Positions 7,199 through 14,706 of a stretch of DNA of 25,469 bases are shown here, one piece after another. A program made the position numbers and the translations under genes. The first letter of the stretch is position 1; each line of letters opens with the position of its first letter. This DNA is from a virus (lineage: Duplodnaviria; Caudoviricetes), in the IMG/VR virus record IMGVR_UViG_3300050162_000127, positions 1-25,469 of that record; one strand, 5' to 3'. Under the pieces are notes generated by a model. The model did no database searches, was not told where the DNA came from, and was given only the letters and a program-made list of their open reading frames with translations.

Positions 7199-8425
7199 AT
7201 GGAAACCGACTACGAATTCATCAAAGGCAACGGCAAGGACATCAAGGCATGGACAAAGGGGGTGCAGGTGGAGGACGCCGCCCGACAGCAACTGCTGAAC
7301 CTTTCCGGCATGCCATTCATCCACAGTCACATTGCAGCGATGCCTGACGTGCACTGGGGCATGGGGGCCACCGTTGGCAGCGTCATCGCCACGAAAGGCG
7401 CGGTCATCCCTGCTGCCGTTGGCGTTGACATCGGGTGCGGGATGATGGCCCAGCGTACCACCCTGACGGCATCCGACTTGCCGGACAGCCTCCATGAACT
7501 GCGCGGCGCCATCGAGGCGCGCATCCCCCACGGCCGCACCAACAACGGAGGCCCTGGAGACCGTGGGGCGTGGGGAGACGTTCCGGAAGGCAACTACAAC
7601 CGTCTTCGACCAAGCCTTGAGGCATTGAAGCCTATTCTTGAGAAACACCCGAAACTGGCCCGAGCTGCGACACGGGCCGCAACGCACGGGGGTACGTTGG
7701 GCACCGGCAATCACTTCGTCGAGGTTTGCCTTGACGAAGAACAGCGCGTGTGGGTGATGCTGCACAGCGGATCGCGCGGCATCGGTAACGCCATCGGGTC
7801 ACACTTCATTGAGGCAGCCAAGAAGGACATGGAGCGGTGGTTCATCAACCTCCCCGACAAGGATTTGGCCTACATCCCGCAGGGCTCCGATTTGTTCAGA
7901 GAATACTGGCAGGCCCTTGATTGGGCGCAAGTTTTCGCCAGGGTCAACCGTGAGCTGATGATGGACGCGGCCCTGCTTGCTCTGGCGCAGGCTGTGCCCA
8001 AAGCGTTTACTTGCGACTGCCAAGCGGTGAACTGCCACCACAACTATGCGAGCTGGGAGCGCCACTTTGGCGACAACGTGATAGTGACGCGCAAGGGTGC
8101 AGTCGCCGCCCATGAGGGTGCGCTCGGCATCATCCCCGGAAGCATGGGGGCCAAGTCGTTCATTGTGCGCGGCAAGGGCAATCGTGAATCGTTCTGTTCG
8201 TGCTCACACGGTGCGGGCCGCTCCATGTCCCGTACTGAGGCAAAAAAGCGGTTTACGCTGGCCGACCATGCCGCCGCAACTGCTGGCGTTGAGTGCCGCA
8301 AGGATGAGGATGTACTTGACGAAACGCCAGCCGCCTACAAAGACATTGGCGCGGTGATGCGCGCTCAAGAAAGCCTTGTCGATGTGGTGCACACGCTCAA
8401 GCAAGTCGTCTGCGTGAAGGGCTGA
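7199..8425 (+). CDS. rtcB: RtcB 3'-phosphate/5'-OH RNA ligase
   Basis: Full motif set: MPDVH, VGVDIGCG, GTLGTGNHF, HSGSRG, HHNY, RKGA, PGSMG, SHGAGR, DETPAAYK. Alternative start at 7184. Confidence 0.97.
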   Translation: METDYEFIKGNGKDIKAWTKGVQVEDAARQQLLNLSGMPFIHSHIAAMPDVHWGMGATVGSVIATKGAVIPAAVGVDIGCGMMAQRTTLTASDLPDSLHELRGAIEARIPHGRTNNGGPGDRGAWGDVPEGNYNRLRPSLEALKPILEKHPKLARAATRAATHGGTLGTGNHFVEVCLDEEQRVWVMLHSGSRGIGNAIGSHFIEAAKKDMERWFINLPDKDLAYIPQGSDLFREYWQALDWAQVFARVNRELMMDAALLALAQAVPKAFTCDCQAVNCHHNYASWERHFGDNVIVTRKGAVAAHEGALGIIPGSMGAKSFIVRGKGNRESFCSCSHGAGRSMSRTEAKKRFTLADHAAATAGVECRKDEDVLDETPAAYKDIGAVMRAQESLVDVVHTLKQVVCVKG

Positions 8426-8428
8426 CCA

Positions 8429-9541
8429 ATGACCACCCACCCCACCCCCGAGGCGCTGGCCGATGAGCTGGAATCGCATGTGCATGGCCGCACTGAATGG
8501 CGCGTGCAAGATCCGGCCAGCAAGTCCTATTGCATCTCGTTCGACCGCGATAGCAGCCTGAACCCCGAGCACGATGCACGGGAATGGTTGAGCCTCCATA
8601 TCAGCAACCACCCCGACAGCCCCAAGGCGAAGTACGAGGTGGCAGAGGTGCACTGGTTCACCGATTTTGAAGATGCTGCCAAGCAAGCCGCCGCCACCCT
8701 GCGCACACTGAGCGCAGAGCTTGCCCAAGCCAAGACCGATCTGCACATTGCCACCGACGATGCCGCTCAAATGCTGGCATCCACGCAGGCACTGAGCGCA
8801 GAGCTTGCAGCAGCAAGGGCGGAGCTTTCCTACGTGCATCAAGCGATCAGCGACCCCGAGAACCAGCCGAGCCAGTTTGGCACAGTGACGCTTGAGATGC
8901 ACTCGGAGAGCGAATTTGTCATCGACAAGATGTCAAAGCTGCTGGCCGAAACCGTGGTGATCTTGCGTGGCCCCGAGCCGCCCTTGAAACGGTGGAGCTA
9001 TCACGACATCCCCGAGCAAGTCGCAGCACTCAAAGCCGAGCGCGACTCACTGCGGGCAGAGCGAGACGGCCTGGCCCGCTGGAAAAGCACGCACGCCCCA
9101 CGCATTGAGGCTTTGCAGGGTCTCAAGGATCACGCTCAAGCCGAGGCAGCGAAGGGCGCCGAAGCCCTCGCGTCTCTGGCCTCTGAGCGCGAGGCGAATG
9201 CCATCCTGACGGCTGAGGCTGAGGCACTGCGGGCAGATGTGGATGCCCAGAAGCTCGACTATCAGCGGCTCATGGACAAACACAACGCGCTGCACATCAA
9301 TGCCGCACGGGCGCGGGCAGAGGTGGAGGGGCTGACGCCGAAGTGGCTGCCGATTGCCAATGTGCCGGATGGCGATGTCTGGTTTGCGCTGGACTGCGGC
9401 CATGTCGTGATGGGGTTCAAGGGGGGCAAACTGTTCGATTGGGAGGCAAACACCGATCACGATTGCTGCTATGACGCTGGCTGCACGATGGCGGTTCCAT
9501 GTGCTCCGCCCGCCCCACCAGTTGCAGAGGGGGTGCGATGA
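8429..9541 (+). CDS. mosaic coiled-coil phage early protein
   Basis: 370-aa ORF with heptad-like ALRAE segments, an internal 19-bp direct repeat (8706-8724, 8790-8808) and a C-terminal WLPI module. Confidence 0.75.
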   Translation: MTTHPTPEALADELESHVHGRTEWRVQDPASKSYCISFDRDSSLNPEHDAREWLSLHISNHPDSPKAKYEVAEVHWFTDFEDAAKQAAATLRTLSAELAQAKTDLHIATDDAAQMLASTQALSAELAAARAELSYVHQAISDPENQPSQFGTVTLEMHSESEFVIDKMSKLLAETVVILRGPEPPLKRWSYHDIPEQVAALKAERDSLRAERDGLARWKSTHAPRIEALQGLKDHAQAEAAKGAEALASLASEREANAILTAEAEALRADVDAQKLDYQRLMDKHNALHINAARARAEVEGLTPKWLPIANVPDGDVWFALDCGHVVMGFKGGKLFDWEANTDHDCCYDAGCTMAVPCAPPAPPVAEGVR

Positions 9542-9780
9542 AGCAGCACGACATCAAGCACATCACCGACCTGCTGGCACTTGATGAAGATGAGTTTGTC
9601 CGACTGCTGCCTGACCTGATGGTGTGGTGGAAAGCTGCGAAAGCCATCCAAGACATTGACGGCGCAGTCAACACGGGCTTTGTCTGGATCGATGACGGCA
9701 AGCCCGGCATTGACCACTATGACGCGGTCGACCCAGCAACCGGCAACACCAAGCGCATCAGCCTGAAAGACCACCCATGA
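9538..9780 (+). CDS. hypothetical protein (80 aa)
   Basis: ATGA overlaps at both ends; RBS GAGGGGG. Confidence 0.7.
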   Translation: MKQHDIKHITDLLALDEDEFVRLLPDLMVWWKAAKAIQDIDGAVNTGFVWIDDGKPGIDHYDAVDPATGNTKRISLKDHP

Positions 9781-10010
9781 CACCCACAAGAGAGCAAGTG
9801 CGCAAGCTGGCGCGAGAGGCTGACATCATCGACTGGCGCGACGAAGACGGAGACCAGCACGTCGAGCAAATGATCGACTCGCTCATGGTCATCTGGCAAG
9901 CCGCCCGTGCTCAGGCGCTGGAGGATGCGGCAGGGGCGTGTGATGAGCCCGGCATCTACACAAAGCACGACATGCAACAGGCCATCATGGCACTGAAAGG
10001 CAAGCAATGA
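9777..10010 (+). CDS. hypothetical phage protein (77 aa)
   Basis: ATGA-coupled; ARAQALEDAAGAC motif common in phage early proteins. Confidence 0.7.
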   Translation: MTPTREQVRKLAREADIIDWRDEDGDQHVEQMIDSLMVIWQAARAQALEDAAGACDEPGIYTKHDMQQAIMALKGKQ

Positions 10011-10279
10011 CCATCGAAACCCGCGCAGTCGCTTGGACTGTCGCGCCCATCGGCGAACCGGCGTACTCCGAAATGTCAACTCAAATCAACATCACTGATG
10101 AGTCGGGCGGCGAGTTTGTGGAGGTCAATCAAACAGGCCGCACGGACCTTGGAACAATCCAGATCAATCCCGACGAATGGCCCGACTTACGTGCAGCCAT
10201 TGACCATGCAATCAGTCAGTGCCGCAGTAATGGTGACATGGACGAGTTGCGCGCAAAGGCGAAGGGATCTAAGCCATGA
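10007..10279 (+). CDS. hypothetical protein (90 aa)
   Basis: ATGA-coupled ORF in the operon. Confidence 0.7.
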   Translation: MTIETRAVAWTVAPIGEPAYSEMSTQINITDESGGEFVEVNQTGRTDLGTIQINPDEWPDLRAAIDHAISQCRSNGDMDELRAKAKGSKP

Positions 10280-10413
10280 CCCTCCCCGCAGACATTGCCC
10301 GCTGCCCTGGCGTGGGCTCAGATTCCGAGGGCTGGCGTGAGGGCTGCGAAAGCTGCGCGCGCCGCTCCATCGTCCGCGCTGCTGCGGCTCTTGGCGATAG
10401 TGGGGAGGGGTGA
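10276..10413 (+). CDS. small Cys-containing protein (45 aa, MTLPADIARCPG...WREGCESCARR)
   Basis: ATGA overlap; TGA 10411-10413. Hand-translated. Confidence 0.55.
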   Translation: MTLPADIARCPGVGSDSEGWREGCESCARRSIVRAAAALGDSGEG

Positions 10414-10415
10414 GC

Positions 10416-10643
10416 ATGGATGCAGTAATCGAGCGCCAGTCTGAATTTCTTTCAGCCTCAGAAGTGCGCGAGTTGACCGACTACGCACACGCTAAGCAAC
10501 AGGCCGAATGGCTGACCGTGCGCGGCATCCCTCACAAGCTGGAATCTCGCCGCGTGGTGCTGTCACGCGTGCATGTGCGCGGCTGGCTTGAGGGTCGGCC
10601 AATGGTTGCTGGCGCTGGGATCAACTTCGGGGCCATCAAGTGA
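10416..10643 (+). CDS. excisionase-like protein (DUF4224 family)
   Basis: FLSASEVRELT.....KQQAEWL...GIPH pattern; overlaps the integrase start. Confidence 0.85.
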   Translation: MDAVIERQSEFLSASEVRELTDYAHAKQQAEWLTVRGIPHKLESRRVVLSRVHVRGWLEGRPMVAGAGINFGAIK

Positions 10644-11659
10644 GAAAGTCCAAATACCCACGACTGCGAAGCCATACGCGCAAGGGAAAGTCCGGCCAGG
10701 TTTGGACTTGGTACACCTACGATATGCGCCCAGATGGCGGCACCGAGATAAGCCTAGGCAAAGACTACGCTAAAGCCTTGGAGCAATGGCACAAGCTGCA
10801 TAACCACCTGCCGATGATCAAGGGCACCATTCAGGAGGCCATTGATCGGTGGCGTGCTGAATGCCTGCCCCTGCACAAGGACAAGACGCGCGAGGACTAC
10901 ACGCGCCACCTTGCCAGGATTGAGCCTGTTTTTGGCAAGGCCGCATGGCATCAGGTGACAGTTCCCGTGATGCGCCAATATCTGGACAAGCGCACAGCCA
11001 AGACTCAGGGCAACCGAGAATTGTCTGTGCTGTCGATCCTGTGGGGCATGGCTAGGCGATGGGGCATGACTGAATTGGAGTGGCCCGCCCGCGATCTGAA
11101 GGGCTGGAAGAACCCAGAGAAGCCGCGAGCTTTTGAGGTGACTGACGAGATGTTCGCCGCAGTGCATCACGAAGCCGATCAGGTGCTCAAGGACTGCATG
11201 GACCTTGCCAGCGCAACAGGCATGCGCCTGACGGACGTTCGCACCATCGCTATGCCATCGGACGGCCTGCTGCGCTTCAGGGCAGGCAAGACCAGCAAAG
11301 GCGCTTACTTTGTGGTCGATGAATCGCCCGTACTGTCCGCCCTGGTGGAGCGGCGCAAGAGGCGGGACGTGCCCTGCACCATGCTCATCATCACGCCGAC
11401 TGGCCGGGCACTATCAGAGCGCATGCTGCGCGAGCGATACGACGCAGCGCGAGAGGCCGCAGCAATCAAGGCCGAGAAATCGAATAACCCGGGTCTGGCA
11501 AGCCAGATCAGGGCAATGTATCTGCGCGACATGCGAAAGCTCGCCGCAGACCTCGCCGGGGATAGCGCGGAGGCATCAAAGCTGCTCCAGCACTCATCCA
11601 CGGCACTTACTGAAAAGCACTACCGGACCCGAGGCACGAAGCTGAAGGCGGTGAAGTGA
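10640..11659 (+). CDS. int: phage tyrosine integrase
   Basis: TGMRLTDV (catalytic R), GKT (K), RDMR in place of HxxR, LLQHSS (H), TEKHY (catalytic Y); next to xis and attP. Confidence 0.93.
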   Translation: MRKSKYPRLRSHTRKGKSGQVWTWYTYDMRPDGGTEISLGKDYAKALEQWHKLHNHLPMIKGTIQEAIDRWRAECLPLHKDKTREDYTRHLARIEPVFGKAAWHQVTVPVMRQYLDKRTAKTQGNRELSVLSILWGMARRWGMTELEWPARDLKGWKNPEKPRAFEVTDEMFAAVHHEADQVLKDCMDLASATGMRLTDVRTIAMPSDGLLRFRAGKTSKGAYFVVDESPVLSALVERRKRRDVPCTMLIITPTGRALSERMLRERYDAAREAAAIKAEKSNNPGLASQIRAMYLRDMRKLAADLAGDSAEASKLLQHSSTALTEKHYRTRGTKLKAVK

Positions 11660-11666
11660 AAGGAAG

Positions 11667-12014
11667 ATGATGAACCAAGACCAAATTGCCCGCGTGGCGC
11701 ATGAAGTGAACCGGGCATATTGCCAAGCGTTGGGCGACAACAGCCAGCCCGCATGGGATGATGCGCCGCAGTGGCAGCGAGATAGCGCCATGCTTGGCGT
11801 GAAGTTGCACACCGATAACCCTGACGCTGGGCCTCAGGCTAGCCATGAAAGCTGGATGGCCCAAAAGGTTGCCGATGGTTGGGTGTATGGCCCCGAGAAG
11901 AATCCCGAACTGAAGCAGCACCATTGCATCGTGCCGTTCGATCAATTGCCGCTTGAGCAGCAGGCAAAAGACTTCCTGTTTCGCGGCGTCGTACACGCGC
12001 TTCTGACTGCCTGA
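11667..12014 (+). CDS. phage RyR-domain protein
   Basis: HESWMAQKVADGWVYGPEK....KQHHCIVPFDQLP..QQAKD matches the RyR repeat domain pattern. Confidence 0.85.
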   Translation: MMNQDQIARVAHEVNRAYCQALGDNSQPAWDDAPQWQRDSAMLGVKLHTDNPDAGPQASHESWMAQKVADGWVYGPEKNPELKQHHCIVPFDQLPLEQQAKDFLFRGVVHALLTA

Positions 12015-12015
12015 C

Positions 12016-12252
12016 GCAGACACGGTGCAGACGCTGATGCAGACATGACGCCTGCGCACAGAACGCAAGGCCGCGCTAAGTGCTTGATTTTATTGTGGTG
12101 CCCCGGGCCGGAATCGAACCGGCACCCCTTGCGGGACCGGATTTTGAATCTGCCCACAAAGTGAGCGCCAGCGCGGCTTGCAGGCCGATCACGTCTGCAA
12201 TGAGTGGCGCGATTGAATGATTTTTGCCGTAGGACGGGGGTGCTTTGCAGAC
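12016..12252. other. attP region: arm-type repeats, IHF site and tRNA-derived core
   Basis: GCAGAC at 12016, 12027 and 12039, inverted at 12193-12199, and at 12246-12252. IHF consensus match TAAGTGCTTGATT at 12077-12089. Core at 12096-12150. Confidence 0.85.
12096..12150 (-). pseudogene. 3' half of tRNA-Leu(CAA) = attP core
   Basis: Minus strand GATTCAAAATCCGGTCCCGCAAGGGGTGCCGGTTCGATTCCGGCCCGGGGCACCA has the anticodon loop (CAA), long variable arm, T-arm and CCA. No D-arm or 5' acceptor strand upstream. Confidence 0.9.
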
Positions 12253-12256
12253 ATGC

Positions 12257-12286
12257 GGGGCGTCCGCGTTGAACGGAGAGTTAGGC
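12257..12286 (-). mobile_element. truncated (half) attC site
   Basis: Minus strand GCCTAAC TCTCC GTTCAACG CGGACGCCCC gives R'' and L'' boxes homologous to the two full sites. The complementary arm is absent. Confidence 0.7.
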
Positions 12287-12381
12287 CAGGTGCAAAGCAC
12301 TGAGCCTGACCAACACCACAGCCGACCCGCAAGGGTGGGCGCCTGATTTGAGCCGTGCGAAGCATGGCGGAAAGGAACCAG

Positions 12382-13179
12382 ATGGCAGAGACGACAGGCA
12401 TTGCATGGACTGACAGCACGTTCAATCCGTGGATCGGCTGCACAAAAGTGAGCCCAGGCTGCGACAACTGTTATGCCGCAGTGAGCACACCAGCGCGCAG
12501 CATGCACATTGCGTGGGGCCCCGGCCAGAAGCGACACCGCACCAGCGACCAAAACTGGAAGACACCTCAGTTCTGGAACAAGACCTACGACGCATTTGCG
12601 GCCACGCACGGCAGGCGCCGTCGTGTGTTCTGCGCCAGCCTGGCCGACGTGTTTGACAACGAGGTGCCGAACCAGTGGCGCGCCGACCTGTTCGCGCTGA
12701 TCGACAGCACACCGAATCTGGACTGGCTGCTGCTGACGAAGCGGGTGGGCAACGTGCTGCCAATGCTGGCCGAGATTGGCCGCGACAGGCTGCCAGTGAA
12801 CGTGTGGCAAGGCATCAGCGCCGTGAACCAGGACGAAGCCAGGCGCGACCTGCCGAAGCTGGCACGCATTGAAGCCACCGTGCGCTGGGTGAGCTACGAG
12901 CCCGCGTTGAGCGAACTGGACCTGTTCGAGAGCGTGATGACCAAGGACGGCCCGCGCCAGTTGATCGAGGGGCTGGACTGGGTGATTGCTGGCGGCGAGA
13001 GCGGCCCCAAGGCCAGGCCAATCCGGCGCGAGTGGATTGATCTGATGCGCGACCAGTGCGACCGCTGCGGCGTGGCCTTCTTCTTCAAGCAGTGGGGCGG
13101 CCCCACTTCGACCGCTGGAGGCTGCGAGCTGGACGGGACCGAGGTCAAGGCCTGGCCAACCGCTGCACAAGAGGCCTAA
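12382..13179 (+). CDS. phage Gp37/Gp68 (DUF5131) radical-SAM-like protein
   Basis: IAWTDSTFNPWIGCTKVSPGCDNCYA, VFCASLADVF, LLLTKR, WVIAGGESG, FFFKQWGG; RBS AAGGA; stop lies inside the GCCTAAC box. Confidence 0.93.
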   Translation: MAETTGIAWTDSTFNPWIGCTKVSPGCDNCYAAVSTPARSMHIAWGPGQKRHRTSDQNWKTPQFWNKTYDAFAATHGRRRRVFCASLADVFDNEVPNQWRADLFALIDSTPNLDWLLLTKRVGNVLPMLAEIGRDRLPVNVWQGISAVNQDEARRDLPKLARIEATVRWVSYEPALSELDLFESVMTKDGPRQLIEGLDWVIAGGESGPKARPIRREWIDLMRDQCDRCGVAFFFKQWGGPTSTAGGCELDGTEVKAWPTAAQEA

Positions 13180-13234
13180 CCCAGAGTTCACCGGCGCCCA
13201 CTTGTGGGCGTCCGCGTGCAACGTAGTGTTAGGC
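13174..13234 (-). mobile_element. integron-type attC site (61 bp)
   Basis: GCCTAAC...GTTAGGC ends (RYYYAAC/GTTRRRY), 5-nt unpaired spacers, paired L boxes, CGCCCA/TGGGCG terminal stem and three unpaired extra bases in one arm. Confidence 0.88.
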
Positions 13235-13255
13235 CTGGTGAAAGACGAGAGAGCA

Positions 13256-13543
13256 ATGCAAGACCACATAACCATCAGCGATGTACTCAAGCGCGTGCAC
13301 ACCCTTGAGGCCGACCATGGCCCCGATGGGTGGCCCGCCATCCAGATGCGCGACCTGATCGTGCTGCGCGGTGCCGTGATGGAACTGAGGGCCGAGTTGC
13401 GGACACAGCGCGCAGGCGTGCGTGACGTTGTGGCGGCAGCCGTGAAGCTGGTGTGTGCGCCTGCCTGGTCGGGCATCAGCGACGAGGACATCGAGCTTGA
13501 GCAAGCCCTGCGAAGCGCCGGGTTTGTGAAGCCGAAGGAATAA
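13256..13543 (+). CDS. hypothetical protein (95 aa), cassette gene
   Basis: ATG 13256 after GAGAGAG, just downstream of the attC. Confidence 0.7.
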   Translation: MQDHITISDVLKRVHTLEADHGPDGWPAIQMRDLIVLRGAVMELRAELRTQRAGVRDVVAAAVKLVCAPAWSGISDEDIELEQALRSAGFVKPKE

Positions 13544-13588
13544 CTTTTGGAATATTTTGCGGCCCGCGTTGTGGCCAGGAAGGACAGC

Positions 13589-13903
13589 ATGGAATTTAAA
13601 CACACACCTGGGCCATGGATTGGAGCGGGCCCGAGCTTTGGCGATCCGCTCCCGCACTACACCACCGAGATCCTGGTGGAGGAAGAAAACGAGGACGGCG
13701 ACAACACACCCATCTGCTCGCTGCCTTTCGAGAGCTTCGACACAGAGAACGAGGCCAATGCCCGGCTGATTGCGGCGGCACCAGACCTGCTTGATGCACT
13801 GGACACGCTGTGCAACCGCATCGAGCTGGAGAGCGCCACACCGCTTGACTGGCCCGCTTACACGCAAGCCCGCGCCGCGATTGCGAAGGCTGTTGGGGCC
13901 TAA
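13589..13903 (+). CDS. phage early protein of the HTPGPW...ANARLIAAAPDLL family (104 aa), cassette gene
   Basis: RBS AAGGA; family motif present; TAA inside the GCCTAAC box. Confidence 0.8.
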   Translation: MEFKHTPGPWIGAGPSFGDPLPHYTTEILVEEENEDGDNTPICSLPFESFDTENEANARLIAAAPDLLDALDTLCNRIELESATPLDWPAYTQARAAIAKAVGA

Positions 13904-13958
13904 CCCAAAGTTCACCGGCGCCCACTTGTGGGCGTCCGCGTGCAACATAGTGTTAGGC
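13898..13958 (-). mobile_element. integron-type attC site (61 bp)
   Basis: 59/61 identical to 13174-13234; both differences fall in the unpaired spacers. Confidence 0.88.
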
Positions 13959-14065
13959 CTGGCAGCAACAACGCCCAGGGCGCAGCGAGAACACACGAAG
14001 CCGACCGCACAGCGGTGGGCGCTTTGAAACCGAGCAGGCCGAAGGCTTGCGGATAGGAGCGATAG

Positions 14066-14323
14066 ATGAGCAACTGGAAAGAAATGCTTCAACAAGCCAT
14101 GGCCGAGCGCGGCGAAACGCTGGCCGACTTGGAGGCCAACACGCTGACGGAAGCCGACATGGTGAAGGAGTTCGACGCCGGTTATGGCGGCACCGAGGGC
14201 ATCCCGTTCACGGCGTGGTCCGCGAAGACCGTGTACTTCCCGATCTGCTACGACGGCGCCGAGTGGGTGGGCAGCGTATCGCGCCACCCTGACGGCAAGC
14301 CGACCGATCACCAAGGCGGCTGA
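14066..14323 (+). CDS. hypothetical protein (85 aa), cassette gene
   Basis: RBS AGGAG; FDAGYGGTEGIPFTAWS...VYFPICYDGAEWV; ends just before a GCCTAAC box. Confidence 0.8.
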   Translation: MSNWKEMLQQAMAERGETLADLEANTLTEADMVKEFDAGYGGTEGIPFTAWSAKTVYFPICYDGAEWVGSVSRHPDGKPTDHQGG

Positions 14324-14327
14324 TGGG

Positions 14328-14395
14328 GCCTAACCCAATATAGACCTCAAAAGTGAGGCCTAACCTGGTCTGTTACATCACCAGTGAGGCCTAAC
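14328..14395 (-). mobile_element. attI-like site: GTTAGGC core plus two upstream direct repeats
   Basis: GCCTAAC at 14328, 14358 and 14389 (30-31 bp spacing); AGTGAGGCCTAAC exactly repeated at 14352 and 14383; no attC-like fold-back. Confidence 0.55.
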
Positions 14396-14481
14396 TTGGC
14401 GCATCCCCAGTGCGGCGCCAGGGAAAACCTCACCCATGCGCAGCTTTGCAAAAGATTGCCACCCAGCAGGAGGGCGGGTAA

Positions 14482-14706
14482 TCAATCCGCGCTTCCCAGC
14501 GCAGCAGCACGGCACTTGTAGTAGATGCCCGCCACCTCTGTCAGCTTGCGAACAGTAGCCCCGAATGAATCATCACTGAGGGGCTGAAGCTGCGGGCATT
14601 GCGCTATCACTAGCGGGCTCAGAGTTGGTGAGGGCCGCGTTGAGGTCGCGCATGACGCGAGAATCATTGTGGCAGTCAGCGTACACAGGGATTGTGGTCG
14701 TTTCAT
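14482..14706 (-). CDS. Rz1-like o-spanin lipoprotein
   Basis: Lipobox ILASC, Pro-rich, overlaps the 3' end of the i-spanin gene in another frame. Confidence 0.8.
   Translation of the reverse strand: MKRPQSLCTLTATMILASCATSTRPSPTLSPLVIAQCPQLQPLSDDSFGATVRKLTEVAGIYYKCRAAALGSAD

Noticed and set aside
10640-11659. Integrase as the IntI for the attC array
   Set aside because: It has phage-type context (xis, tRNA attP, arm repeats), I see no IntI-specific insertion motif, and it lies at the end opposite the attI-like site. An HMM test would settle this.
12096-12185. Complete phage tRNA-Leu gene
   Set aside because: The 5' anticodon-stem strand does not pair fully (GCAGA vs TCCGG), and no D-arm or 5' acceptor strand is present.
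12343-12373. Hammerhead ribozyme (CTGA...GA-stem-GAAA)
   Set aside because: Spacing deviates from CUGANGA, the second copy lacks the core (TTGAAACCGA, GGATA), and stems I and III are not evident.
12076-13605. 509-aa and 361-aa (13229-14314) minus-strand ORFs
   Set aside because: Antisense shadows of recognisable plus-strand genes in GC-rich DNA; they run through attC sites and the att core.
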